Both the position numbers and the translations under genes were made by a program. From Leucoraja ocellata (lineage: Eukaryota), in the NCBI GenBank assembly GCA_036785375.1, contig JAWMAR010000731.1, positions 1 through 64,000 of the forward strand: DNA of 64,000 nucleotides, read 5' to 3'. Numbering within the stretch: the stretch's first letter is position 1; every line of letters begins with the position of its first letter. This document shows, piece after piece, positions 1-12,160 of the stretch. The notes beneath the pieces were generated by a model that was not told the origin of the DNA, did not search any database, and saw nothing but the letters and a program-made list of their open reading frames with translations.

Positions 1-705
1 GTCCCCATCCTCTTGTTCACCCATAGTCAGGCCTAATTGAGGCCTCCACAGTCGCCGTTACAGGGCCCGATGTTCCTGGCCGTTCTCGCCAGGTGATTGG
101 TGCTCCGGCGTCGGTAGAACCCTCAGCGGCTTGCGGTGCCAGGAACAGCCGCCCTCTTACCAGAGACCGCGGCCTCCAGGCCAACAGACCGCGCTGAACG
201 AAGCTTCACTCACTGGCAATCTCGGCGAGAGATCCCAGGCCTCCGAGATGTAAAGTTCAGCGCCGCAGCTGACCGCTCCACAGAACCACGGCTCCATGAT
301 GTTTTTATCGGCGGTCCCAGCATACTGGAGTTCCAGCGCGGCTACCCAGGCAAGGCATCGCCCGCTCCGCCCGCTACGCCTGCTCCGCCCGCTCCGCCCG
401 CTCCGCGACAGCGCCCCAGCGCTGCGCTGCCGCCAAAGCCGAGGTTCTGGCCAGGTCCCCTCAGAAAATGTCGCTCCAGGACCCGCTGGTAGGCCGCAAG
501 GACAGGTCGAAGGTGCTGCTCGGAGGAAGGCAGCCTCACCGACCAGGTAGGGACTTGAAAAGCAGTTTCCCCCTTCCCCCACCCCACCCCCACACATAAA
601 AAGATTAGACCCCCCCGACTACACACTTTAACGCACTAAAAATAATAAAAATGAAGAAAACGGACAGCTGCAGGACAGGCAGCCGTACAGGACAGCGCCC
701 CCTAC
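1..705 (-). mobile_element. GC-rich repeat, 5' part of a putative non-autonomous Rex1/Babar-derived element (truncated by window edge)
   Basis: The reverse complement starts GGCGCTGTCCTGTACGGCTGCC..., followed by a T-rich tract and GCGGCCTA, resembling the 5' ends of copies at 39052 and 48425. It has an internal (CCCGCTCCG)-type 9-mer array at about 361-406. Confidence 0.55.
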
Positions 706-710
706 TGGAA
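693..710 (-). promoter_or_regulatory. CTCF-like motif TTCCAGTAGGGGGCGCTG
   Basis: Matches the CTCF core CCASYAGRKGGCR; motif match only, no binding evidence. Confidence 0.45.
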
Positions 711-744
711 GATCTTTATCTCTCGCGATTCCCTAACCAGTCGA

Positions 745-840
745 CCAAGAAGGGTCTTGACCCGAAGCGTCACCCATTCCTTCTCTCCAGAGATGCTGCC
801 TGTCCCGCTGAGTTTACTCCAGATGTTTGTGTCTATCTCT
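745..840 (+). mobile_element. Penelope-like terminal-repeat fragment with degenerate hammerhead core
   Basis: AAGAAGGGTCTTGACCCGAAGCGTCACC...GATGCTGCC...CTGAGT..CTCCAG, the same unit found 3' of the GIY-YIG remnant at 6501. Confidence 0.65.
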
Positions 841-2487
841 GGTTGCCGCATCAGTCACCTCGAAACTGGGTGGATGCAGGTCATCCTGAATCCCAAGGGA
901 AGCTAAGGAACAAGGAGGTGTGAGGAAAGAGATAAAGGTTTTAAATCTGAGCAAGGGAGGGGGGGGGGGGGGGGGGGAGTGAGAGCCAGTGTAGGTCGGT
1001 GAGGAGGGAAGTGTCAGGGCAGTAGAGGGGGACAAGCATATTGCTGGGTGCAGGATTACAAAAACGGGAAGTTAGATTTGGATGAACTGATTTTATGAAA
1101 GCGGAGAATGAAAGAGAGGCAATGACCGTCTTGGAGATATCAATTTGCAGAAGACACAAGAGAATGTAGATGCTGGAATCTTGAGCAAAAAAACAAACAT
1201 TTGGAGGGAAACGTTCTATCGGAGGGTCTCAGCAGGTCAGGCAACATCTTAGATATGCAACCTGGCTCTCTGAGTCCTTCCAGCAACTAATTTGGAGGAT
1301 TTCTACATCTGAAGAGGAGGTGGTGATATTGTGGAAGAGGAAATAGAGACTTTGAAAATGCATCATAATGAAATAACTCCCTGTCACTATATAACTCTGA
1401 GCATCGCTAAACTGTTGATGGCAAAGCTAAGCCGTCTCATTGTATAACTTGTCATTAATGTCATAATTAATATATATTTGTAGTATCTAATCTTCTTGAC
1501 CTGTTTACATGGCTGCATCTTGCAGCTCTTGCCTGGGGCCGACACTGGAAAGATTAGCTTTCTCTTACAGACGCTGTTCAACCTGCTTCACATCTTCAAC
1601 ACCACTGTTCTGATTTACAATCTGCTGCTTTCATCGTTTTAATGTTTTTATCTCCAATACGCCAACTCCCCACAGAATAAACCCATTATATTGTTTCAAT
1701 CTTTGGACAAGATTCGAGACGTGACTTGAAAGATTATGGAGAAATCAGCAGCTGAAGTTGACCCATTGTGTCTGTGGAGAGGAGGGGGGGGGGGGGGGGG
1801 GGGGGGGGGGTTTGTGTCGGTGCCAGCGAACGACTTTGCTACAGTAAACAAAATCCTCTTTTATTGCTTCACTCTCAAAGCCTGGATGATCTACTCTGGT
1901 AATGGGGCCAGATGGACAGGTTGTTCTGAGATACTCTCATCCTAGAACACTTTCTTCATCAGCGAGCCTTCATCATGAATGCTGACAAGCTATCTGACAA
2001 TAGAGGCCAACACATCAAGGTTCTTGTATTAGCACAGATGGATAGGAATCACAACGGATTATTTCAACCTTGGGCACCATGGCTGAATATAGCACTTGAT
2101 CCATGTTTTTACAACCCACTACAGATTTATTAGAGAAATTCCCTAATCTGTGAAATCTGGAATATATTTGGGGGTTCATAGTCCTCTATCTATTGTAAGT
2201 TGGTCTGCTGCACACTTCCAACAAATTCTATTATGATTTGGGATTTATAGCTTCGTCTCCGCTGCAGTGGCTCCCGATAGTTTAAAGTAATTAGGAAGTT
2301 CTTACTGGGAGAGCATCTCTATATATCTCCATTGTATAAGGAAGGAATTATCTGCAGAGTGCCTTTGATGGCCACAGGATGTCCCAACGCACGTTAACGG
2401 CATTAAAGCATTTCTAAGGTGTTGTCATGCTGCAACGCATCCTTTTTATACTCAGCAATGGAAGCAAAGGGAAATGTATTTCAATAG

Positions 2488-2735
2488 CGGCACAGTGGTG
2501 CAGCTGCCAGAGACTCGGGTTCGATCCTGACCTTGGATGCTGTCTGTGTGGAATTTGCACGTTGTCTCTGTGACCTCGTGGGTTTCCTCCGGGTGCTCCA
2601 AAGACATGCGGATTTGTACGCTAATTGGCCCTCTGTGAATTGCCCCTGGTGTCGGGAGTGGATGACAAAGTGGGATAACATGGAACTAATGTGAATGAGT
2701 GATGTCGAAGGACCTGTTTCCGTGCTGTGTCTCAA
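2488..2735 (+). mobile_element. tRNA-derived SINE (HE1-like)
   Basis: A-box-like GCACAGTGG, B-box GGTTCGATCC, central GGGTTTCCTCCGGGTGCTCC, and a CR1-type tail GAAGGACCTGTTTCCGTGCTGT. Confidence 0.75.
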
Positions 2736-2814
2736 AAGTGAAGATGGTCAGGACTCTTGGGACAACACCCCTGCCCTTCAAAACATTGCCAAGGGATTAT
2801 CTTTTAGGTTAATC

Positions 2815-3025
2815 TAAGAAGGCATAGAACACGGGGACAGGTCCTTTTGCCCATAATATCTGTGCAAAACATGGTGCCGTTAAACTAATCTCCTCTGTCT
2901 GCAGGTGATCTATATCCTTGCATCCCTGCAGATTCATGTGCCTATTTAAAAGCTTCTTAACCGCCAATATTTTATCTGCTTCCATCACCACCTCTGGCAG
3001 CATGTTCCAGGCAAGCACCACTGTG
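2815..3025 (-). mobile_element. CR1/HER1-like LINE 3' fragment
   Basis: Translates as ...AWNMLPEVVMEA...KKLLNRHMN, the CR1 ORF2 C-terminal signature. Confidence 0.7.
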
Positions 3026-3699
3026 AGGATCATTTGAAAGCAAGGTAAATTTCTCCTCTCTTAATGTAAGGTAGCTAAGATATGTGGTCGTAATTACCAA
3101 AGTACTTGAACCTAATGAGTCAGTGTGAGTAATGTATGTAGATTAGATAACCCAAGTAAAAGACTCAGCTGGTTCATCCTAATAAATAAATCACAGGAGA
3201 TTAATAACCACAAAGCAGCCCATATGTGCATCTTGCAGGTTCCAGTGCACAAGTGTCTACATCAAGTGTCCTCTCTGTTGTTTACAAGGTGAAGTTATAC
3301 TAAGAATTTGAGCCGGTCACTGACATTTACGAGAAAGAAAGTGTGTGTGTCATTCTTGGACACACTCTCCGAGTGTCTTGGCTGTAATCTCAACAGTAGG
3401 GGGAGGGTTACCCCTTGTGAAGAACAATGCACATGCATCAATTCATGGCATAGTCACAGATACACAGCACGAAAACAGCCCTTTCTACCCTCCAAGTCTT
3501 TGATCACCTATTAACACTGATCCTACATTAATCTCATATTTTTATCGTCCCCCACATCCCCATCAATTTACCCAAATTCCACTGCTCACCTGAACATTCG
3601 GGGCAATTACAGGGCCCAATTAACCTGCCAACCCACATGTTGCCAATTCGATCAGGAGGGGCATAACGACAGTGTTTAGAGAGGATATTCTTCAGGAAT

Positions 3700-4150
3700 G
3701 GCCAAGTGAGGCTATTTGGGCAGATGTTTGACACAAGAAGGGAATGATGACTTTGATGGGACTGTATTACGGACTTCTCAATAGTCAGCTAGATATAGAG
3801 CAGGTGTGCAGGGAGAATCAGATAACTGTAAAAATAATAGGGTAGCAATAGGGGGAGGGAGCCACAGAAAATAGGGGAGATATTAACTGAATCTGTTTTT
3901 ACTGAAGAGAAGATAATGGAAGCTAATGAATTGAAGCATATGGGTTCTGATGCCTTCGATCATAAATGCATTACGAAAGAGCGGGTGGATTTGATGTACA
4001 TTGAGGTGGATAAATCCCCATGGCTTGACCAAGTGTATCTGCAAACCTGTGGGAAGCTTGGGAAGAAATTGTGGAGTGCCTTGCAGAGACATTTCCATCA
4101 CTTCAGCCACAGGTGAAGTTCCCGAAGACTGGAGGGTAGTTAAGGTAGTA
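3700..4150 (+). mobile_element. Decayed CR1 ORF2 fragment
   Basis: Frameshifted remnants VDKSP.LDQVY and TGEVPEDWRV. Confidence 0.65.
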
Positions 4151-4229
4151 ATGGGTTGTCTTTCTGATCGGAGAGCTGTGACCCTTGAAATGCCTCAAGG
4201 GATCTGTTTCTGTGCTGCATAGCGATGAC

Positions 4230-4380
4230 TGTCTGTGCAATGTCGATGGAAACCAAAGCACCTGAAGGAAACCATCGCAGTCACAGGACGAACGTGCAAA
4301 CTCCACGGTTGAGATCAGGGTGGATTCCCGGTCTCTGGCACTGTGAGGTAGCGGCTCTTCCAGTGTTTGTCACTGTGCGC
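4230..4380 (-). mobile_element. tRNA-derived SINE fragment
   Basis: Reverse-complement similarity to 2488-2735. Confidence 0.55.
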
Positions 4381-5938
4381 CCTTTTATTAGATCAATAAA
4401 AAGAGAATCACTGAAACATGTCTCAAATGTGTACACACTGTAAATGGCTCGATTGTAATCATGTATTGTCTTTCCACTGACTTGCTAGTACGGAAGAAAA
4501 GCTTTTCACTGTACCTCGTTACACATGGCAATAAACTAAACTAAACTCAACCCAAGCAGTTCTGTGGTCCCTCCTTTGAAAAATCCATTAGTCCAGCTGT
4601 CCTACCATATGGCCTAAAGTTATTTCTTTGGAACATCAATTAAAATTTCACTCAATAATTCATATTTAATTTGCTGCCACAAATCTTTTGAGAGGAAATC
4701 ATCCGGTCAATTGACCCAGTCAGTCCACTGCCACGCTTGTGCAATAGACAATTCAATTCTTCTGAGTCTGAAGAAGGGTCCTAACCTGAAATGTCACCTC
4801 TCCATGTTGTACAGAGATGGTGTCTGAGTTACTCCAGCACTTTGTGTCCAATGCTTCTCATCTACCTCCGTCTGCATTATCTTTTATTCCCTTCTCAATC
4901 GTTCACTTAGCTCGCAATCCATTAAATGCAATTTTTCCAATAGCCAATGCCTATGGAGACAGATTCCTATTCTCATCATTCCCTCGGGAAAGACATTTCC
5001 ACTGAGCTGCCCAGCGGAATGCCTGGTGGTTCTCACATTGAGATCTCTCTCCCAGTGTTTCTGCTGTCCCCAGTGCCTCCTCCATCGTCCTTTCATACTG
5101 TTAAAGGCCTCGTTTTAACCCCCTGCCTTCTCTTGTCTCCAGGGCTAAAATTGTGCAGCCCCCACAAAATGGTCGCAGGAATCCTGATCAGCCATTACTG
5201 TTGTGCCTGACGCAGGCACCACATCAGCTCCCTGCTGCCAGCTCATTTACATGCTTGCCGTGTAGACCCTGCACTAACTGCGCTGTTTACTGCCTCATCG
5301 TCTCAGCAGGGTTGCCAACATCTTCGGTGGCTTCTATAAGTTAAAGCAAGCGCACATTATTTAAAGTCAGCCTACACCTCTTCATTGGGGAGTGATATTG
5401 TGAATGCATTGTAGGTTCTGCAAAGGAATAAAAGAAAAAAGTGCTTAAAGATTAATTATCAAGTAGAATTTGGACTGAGAATAAAGGGGAAGGGTCACAT
5501 GACTACACTGTGCCATGCAGAACTGAAGATGACCTGGCAGACATTCAACAGTGAATCGAGGCAGCTCCCAGGTGAACCTTTATCTATTATAAATTGTTAG
5601 CCATTATATTGTTTGGCAGAGTGAGCTCACGGTCAATCCTTGATGACCATCAACAGCACACTGGAGGGGATGGTGGAGAAGCCTGTGCCAAAGGGCCTGT
5701 GCCATGAAGTTGTCTATGGACACTCATGGAAGGCAGAGATCGCTAATGCTTGGGCAATGACAAAAGTGAAGTCTGAAGAAATATCTCCTCAAATGCCACC
5801 AAACACAAGCACTAAACCAACTTTAGTATGCTCGCACTTTTGATGATGCTGGACTGGCAGATTTTCCAGATTATTGGTGGCTATTTTAGTAATTCTCCAA
5901 CATAAATTTAATTCACTATTTTGAAAAATCTTACACAA

Positions 5939-6118
5939 NNNNNNNNNNNNNNNNNNNNNNNNNNNNNNNNNNNNNNNNNNNNNNNNNNNNNNNNNNNNNN
6001 NNNNNNNNNNNNNNNNNNNNNNNNNNNNNNNNNNNNNNNNNNNNNNNNNNNNNNNNNNNNNNNNNNNNNNNNNNNNNNNNNNNNNNNNNNNNNNNNNNNN
6101 NNNNNNNNNNNNNNNNNN
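5939..6118. other. Assembly gap (180 N)
   Basis: Run of N. Confidence 1.
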
Positions 6119-6500
6119 AACATTGAAAGGTGACATTTCGGGTCGACACCCTTTTTCAGACAGGGTCAGGGGAAGGAGAGAGATATAGAAGGGTAAGGTG
6201 TGAAAATCAGACATCAACGGGGTTGCTTTTTCTATTTTCTTTCTGTTGGCCATTCATCATCATTTCATGCCTGGGTTTGGAGCACTCTGCAGCTTTAGAT
6301 AACCACATGCCCTTTCAATCGTTCTGACATGCGGGACTCCTGACCACCGCAAACAAGTGGATGAGATAGACCCTTGAATTTGCAGAGAACCTGAGATCCA
6401 TCTGAGATCCATCCTGAGATGTATTGAGAAATTTCAATGAGTTCTCTGATCCCCTGATTGTGAAGAAAGCAGCAATGATAGTCAACTGTTTCGTTCTTAG

Positions 6501-6805
6501 GACCACCGTAAATTGGAGGAGCAGCACTTCATATTTCGCTTGGGCAGTTTGCACCCCAGCGGTATGAACATTGACTTCTCTAATTTCAAGTAGTCCCTAC
6601 TTTCTCCTCCCCTTCTCAGCTCTCCCTCAGCCCACTGGCTCCACCTCTTCCTTTCTTCTTCTTCACCCTCACATCAGTCTGAAGAAGGGTTTCGACCCGA
6701 AACGTTGCCTATTTCTGTCGCTCCATGGATTCTGCCTCACCTACTGAGTTTCCCCTGCATTTTTGTCTAACTTTGAATTTCCAGCATCTGCAGTTCCTTC
6801 TTAAA
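6501..6805 (+). mobile_element. Penelope-like element 3' end: GIY-YIG C-terminus plus terminal repeat
   Basis: 6501-6593 reads DHRKLEEQHFIFRLGSLHPSGMNIDFSNFK*, followed by a pyrimidine tract and the hammerhead-bearing repeat. Confidence 0.8.
6675..6710 (+). ncRNA. Minimal type I hammerhead ribozyme-like motif
   Basis: CAGT-CTGAAGA-A-GGGT(TTCG)ACCC-GAAAC-GTT-GCCT: CUGANGA and GAAA boxes, a 4-bp stem II and a palindromic ACGU stem III; stem I is weak. Confidence 0.6.
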
Positions 6806-7794
6806 CAAATGTTTCATTCTTAGGTGGGTTGTAGTTGGCTTGTAATGGATCTGCTACATTCCCCAGGGTCTCAAAGGAGTGGTAGCGTTTTGCCATTTGG
6901 CCAATGAAATGCAGTACAAATAAGGAAACTGCCGGAGGAATGCAGTGATCAGACAGCATCTGTGGAGGGAAATGGAAATGGGAAATTGACACATTTTGGG
7001 TCAGTACCCTTCTTCAGACTGAAACAGATGCTGCCAGACCGACTGAGTTCCTCCAGCAGTTTGGTTTTGCTCAAAATTCCAGCATCCACACTCTATTGTC
7101 TCCAAATACACATAGTGGAGTCTTTAATTTTGCCTGCTCTAGTCTATCCTGCTTACCCAGATCAATACTCTGAGTAGTTTACTGTCCACAGTCTCCTTTC
7201 ATAAGACAAGTTACTCTCCTGGAACTATAGCAACCCGGCAAAATAACAGCGTTCACTCTTCCAGCGGATAGCCTTGTGCTATCTTTATCACCAAGCATCT
7301 TTTCTAACAGAGAAACATAAAATAATAGAAGCAGAAGTGAGCCATTCATTGTGATCATGGCTGATCCTCCACCTCAACAACCAATTAACCATTCCAATAA
7401 ATGTCATGGGTTCAGTAAACAAAGTCACTTAAAGAGAGCCTACACCCTTTCTCTGCAGCTCATCAGTTGCAAAGAAGCAAGAGGATAGATTCTACACAGG
7501 GATAGAAACGTTCTCAAAGCTTCTCCCTGACCATGACTGCACTGGACACACAGAGCAGTTGGCTACAATGCTTAAAGAAAGACACCCCCAATTTTACATA
7601 GGGAATGTGTTACAACAGCAAACAAAACTGCTTAGAGACACAACACTCACCATGAAAATAAACAAATTATTTTCTAGATGGTGGCTATAACCGATCGGAC
7701 CCCATAAATATCAGTCGTTGTTCTCGGTTATTATGAACTAGAATAGAGCAAGTGATGCAATGCACCCAAACTCATTGGCAAGGGAAAGCTGCAT

Positions 7795-7950
7795 AGAGAC
7801 ATAGAAACATAGGACATAGGTGCAGGAGGAGCCAACACCGCCATTCATTGTGATCATGGCTGATCGTCCCCTATCAATAACCCGTGCCTGCCTTCTCCCC
7901 ATATCCCTTGACTCCACTAGCCCCTAGAGCTCTATCTAACTCTCTCTTTA
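7795..7950 (-). mobile_element. CR1-like 3' end
   Basis: (ACATAGAA)n tail on the + strand followed by GCCATTCATTGTGATCATGGCTGATC; multi-copy in this window. Confidence 0.8.
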
Positions 7951-8659
7951 TAGGAAGGTAAGCTCTGAAGAAGACATTTTTAAAAAATCACCAAAGGCTT
8001 ATCATAAGGTGTGTAGTATGCAGGACGTTGGCAGAAAGAATATAAGCAGCAATAGGAGCTAAAGAGAATAGGAATATTTTTTGATTAGTGAAAAACTATT
8101 AAGCAGTTGGCATTCTAAGAGCTTTTGGATTCCTTGAACACATAGCATAGAAATTTAATGGGAAGATGTAGGAAGCAATTAGGAACAGAATGATATGTCA
8201 GCCTTTTTTTTGAAGCATACAAGGAGTAGAATAATTTTACTGCAAATCAGCAAAACATTGTTGAGACCACATTGAGTGTCTGTTGGTCTGTTTCTAAGAA
8301 ATAATAAATTGTTGCCTTAGAGATTTGCAGCAAAGATTCACCAGATTGTTTTGTGGGACGAGGGACTTGTTCTACGAGGAAAGATTGAGAAGGAAGGCCA
8401 TATCATTTGTGGAGTTTAGAAAAATAGAGTTGGTGAAATTGAGACGTGCTATGATAATGCTATGAATATTGAAGTAACCTTAAGGGATTTATAACCTAAT
8501 GCAGTTTCCACATCTTACGTGCCACTGCATAAAACAAATTCTCACTTTTCCCGGTTGTCTGGTATATGGACACACTTATCTGTTTTGTAGTAAATGCCTA
8601 CTATGTTCTGTGTGCTGAAGCAAAGCAAGAATTTCATTGTCCTATACAGGGACACATGA

Positions 8660-9386
8660 CAATAATAATAATAATAATAAATTTTATTTATGGGCACCTT
8701 TCAAGAGTCTCAAGGACACCTTACAAAAATTTAGCAGTTAGAGGAAAAACATGTAAGGGGAATGAAATAAATAGTAGAGACATGACTAGTACATAAAGTA
8801 AATACAGAATACAATTCAAAACACAATATGAGGCAATTAATGCACAGATGAAAAGGGAGGGGGACGTTGGGCTAAGGATAGGCAGAGGTGAAGAGATGGG
8901 TCTTGAGGCGGGACTGGAAGATGGTGAGGGACACGGAATTGTGGATCAGTTGGGGGAGGGAGTTCCAGAGCCTGGGAGCTGCCCTGGAGAAGGCTCTGTC
9001 CCCAAAACTGTGGAGGTTGGACTTGTGGATGGAGAGGAGACCGGCTGATGTGGATCTGAGGGACCGTGAGGGTTGGTAGGGGGAGAGGAGGTCAGTGAGA
9101 TATGGGGGGGCCAGATGGTGGAGGGCTTTGTAGGTGAGGATCAGGATTTTGTAGGTGATCCGGTGGGAGATGGGAAGCCAGTGGAGTTGTTTGAGGACTG
9201 GAGTGATGTGATGCCCGGATTTGGTGTGGGTGATGAGTCGGGCGGCTGCGGAGATGAAAGAAGGAGGTTTTAATGACATGGCGGATGTGAGGCTCAAGGG
9301 AGAGGGTGGAATCAAAGATCACGCCAAGGTTGCGGGCCTTGGGAGATGAGGAGACAGTGGTGCCGTCGATGGTGAGATGTTTATCG
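8660..9386 (-). mobile_element. L2-clade LINE 3' fragment inserted into a Rex1-like tail
   Basis: ORF 8872-9315 contains HITPVLKQLHWLP...GDRAFSRAAPRLWNSLP...LKTHLF. It has a (TTA)n tail and is flanked by CAATAA on both sides, inside a repeat matching 12060-12160. Confidence 0.8.
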
Positions 9387-10759
9387 CAATAAAGTCACTT
9401 GAACTTGAACTTGTCTAGGTTTATGCCAACTAATTGTCAACTCTTCTGCCAGTGGAAACCCACCAGTGCTTCGCAACTCATCGCAAATCTGTACCAATGA
9501 TCAAACTGTGAAGAATAGTCCATGCTTGCAAACGGCATGATATAGCCAACCTTCTGTCCAGGTTTGATGTGACGAGTAACATGTTGGCCAAACAAGTAGC
9601 AGGCAGTGACAACATCCAACACGAGGAGTTCAAAGTCTACCCTCTTGACATTTAACACCATTCCCATCGCTTAAACTAACTTGGCAGTAGAATGGGGTAC
9701 AGAATAGGAGTCTAGTAGGGCATGAGGAACAGCCAATGTTATGAACTTATCTAGGGGAGTACTTGAATTGCTAAGCCGAGTGTTGGGAAATGAGATTTGC
9801 CCAGATGTGTATTTGATGGCCAGCATGTTCATGGTGAGCTGAAGCATCTGTTATTGTGCTGTATAACTCTACAACTACAAAGCCTTCTTTGTGTTCAATA
9901 TTATGGAGTGTAAAGTAGATGAGTGAGGTTCCAGAGTTGATCATCCATACCTTAATTGAACTACTTTTGTGAATACTTTGGCTACAAGAACAGGTCGAAC
10001 ACTGAGAATCCTGGAGCATGTGACATTAATTGATCCTCCAAGGCTTTCTATCAGCCTCAAGGCACAAACATTGGTGGAAACGACTCAGTTGTGCGAATAT
10101 GCATCAGGAGACTTGACATTGGCTGGACCACTCGATTGTCTCCCTTTTAAAACGGTTGTGTGTTTCATCAACACAATGCATCAAACAGCCCTGAGCTCCT
10201 TTTCTTACTCAGCAAGGACGACATGCTAGTCTTGATGAGTTTCATTCATCTGTCAACAGCAAAAGACGACCCAGAAGTGAGACTCAAAATGACGCAGTTT
10301 GTAATGTGTCAATTTTACCTGCACCTCAAATTTGCTGAAGACTTTATTGGACTCTAGAAATTGTAGTTCAGTTGATTTCAATTCTGCCTGATTGAAGATA
10401 CATGGAGATAAACATAGTAATGACCATCTTCGGGCAACAAAAACAAACTGCCAGTAGAACTCGGCAAGTCAGGCAGAATTAGTGGATGGAAATGGACAGA
10501 CGACGTTTCGGGGCAGACACTCCTTCAGACTGATGCTGTTTCCTTCATTCAACTGGGCACTTTCCCAAGTGACTAACATGATCTCTGCATTAGATGTATA
10601 GAGTATGGGGGAGGGGTATTTTCTGTGAAAGACTACTTATTACTGCTTTGAAAACAATACTGGCAGAAGGTAGACACACCCTATAAAGGGGGCTACGCAG
10701 TGCACAAAACTACTGCCCGCATATGAGTGAGTACTGCATATAACATCCCAGGACCTAGC

Positions 10760-11045
10760 ATCATGGATAGTACAGGTTTAGAGAGATGTGGGGCAAATAC
10801 AGGCAGGTGGGATAAGTGTAAATGGATCAGTGTGGGCAAGTTGAGCCGAAGGGCCTGTTTCCAAGCTGTAAGATCCTGTGACCGAGTTAGATTTAGCTCT
10901 TAGGGCTAAAGGAATCAAGGGATGTGGGGGGAAAGCAGGAACGGGGTACTGATTTTAGATGATCAGCCATGATCATTTTGAATGGCGGTGCTAGCTCAAA
11001 GGGCCAAATGGCCTACTCTTGCAACTATGTTCTATGTTTCTATGG
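10760..11045 (+). mobile_element. Two adjacent CR1-like 3' ends
   Basis: GCCGAAGGGCCTGTTTCC tail, then GATCAGCCATGATCA...TTCTATGTTTCTATG tail. Confidence 0.7.
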
Positions 11046-11324
11046 CTATGAGAAATGAATTCAAATCTTGTTATTCTGGTCATGAAGGAAGTGGTTGGTC
11101 AGGGAGTGTATGATTTACAAGCTGAAGCTGCCACAACCTGTCACCTCCAGACTGATGTCACCATCGCCCAAAGGACAGCATTACGGAACACCAATTACAT
11201 GACCTGGGGACAATCGTTTTACTGCCTCCATCTTTGGACAATCAATCCAGTTGTCACACAAACAAGACTAACTGCTGCTCCGTAAATCAGGAGCGTGGCT
11301 GTGAGCAACAATCTCATCGCTTCA

Positions 11325-11420
11325 GTAGACTCAAAATGCTGGAGTAACTCAGCGGGACAGGCAGCATATCTGGAGAGAAGGAATGGGTGACCTTTCGGGT
11401 CGAGACCCTTCTTCAGACTG
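11325..11420 (-). mobile_element. Penelope-like terminal repeat with hammerhead-like core
   Basis: Reverse complement CAGTCTGAAGAAGGGTCTCGACCCGAAAGGTCACC. Confidence 0.7.
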
Positions 11421-11737
11421 ACAATCTCATCCCTTGGTTGTAGATCAATAATTCCCTATTGTACTATATATTATCCAAGTGCAGTATCTTTGAGAGGCTG
11501 TTACTTCGATGATTTTGTGCTCCATTCTGCACTATGCAATTATTATGAAAAATTGGGGTAATGCTCAGCAGGTCAGGTGGCCTCTGTGCAAAATGAAACA
11601 AAGTTCATGTTTCAAGTCTGACTTTTTAAAGTTTCAATCCAAAGTGTTGACTGCTTCTCTTCCCACAGGTTCAGCCTAACCTGCTGAGTGTCTCCAGCAT
11701 TTTCTGTTTTTATTTTATCTGCGATTGTTATCCTGAG

Positions 11738-12160
11738 CTACAAAAAGTAGTAAACACTGCCCAGTCCATCATCGGCTCTGACCTTCCTTCCATCGAGGGG
11801 ATTTATCGCAGTCGCTGCCTCAAAAAGGCTGGCAGTATCATCAAAGACCCACACCATCCTGGCCACACACTCATCTCCCTGCTACCTTCAGGTAGAAGGT
11901 ACAGAAGCCTGAAGACTGCAACAACCAGGTTCAGGAATAGCTACTTCCCCACAGCCATCAGGCTATTAAACCTGGCTCGGACAAAACTCTGATTATTAAT
12001 AACCCATTTTCTGTTATTTGCACTTTATCAGTTTATTTATTCATGTGTGTATATATTTATATTATGGTATATGAACACACTTATCTGTTGTAGTAAATGC
12101 CTACTATGTTCTGTGTGCTGAATTTCATTGACAATAAACTCACTTGAACTTGAACTTGAG
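11738..12160 (+). mobile_element. Rex1/Babar LINE 3' end
   Basis: Open frame LQKVVNTAQSIIGSDLPSIE...DPHHPGH..ISLLPSGRRYRS..RFRNSYFPTAIRLLN, then AATAAA and a (CTTGAA)n tail. Confidence 0.85.

Noticed and set aside
136-626. Overlapping Pro/Arg/Gly-rich ORFs of 84-146 aa
   Set aside because: They arise from a GC-rich repeat and its 9-mer array; no protein signature.
956-1810. Poly-G runs at about 956-977 and 1784-1810
   Set aside because: Simple homopolymers whose length is unreliable in assemblies.
5789-6253. ORFs spanning N runs (also at 20730 and 58675-59257)
   Set aside because: Artefacts of assembly gaps.
6494-6593. TTCTTAG acceptor followed by an open frame resembling a terminal exon
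   Set aside because: The peptide is the Penelope GIY-YIG C-terminus, antisense to the host gene.
8872-9315. 147-aa ORF
   Set aside because: Truncated L2 ORF2 C-terminus, not a host gene.
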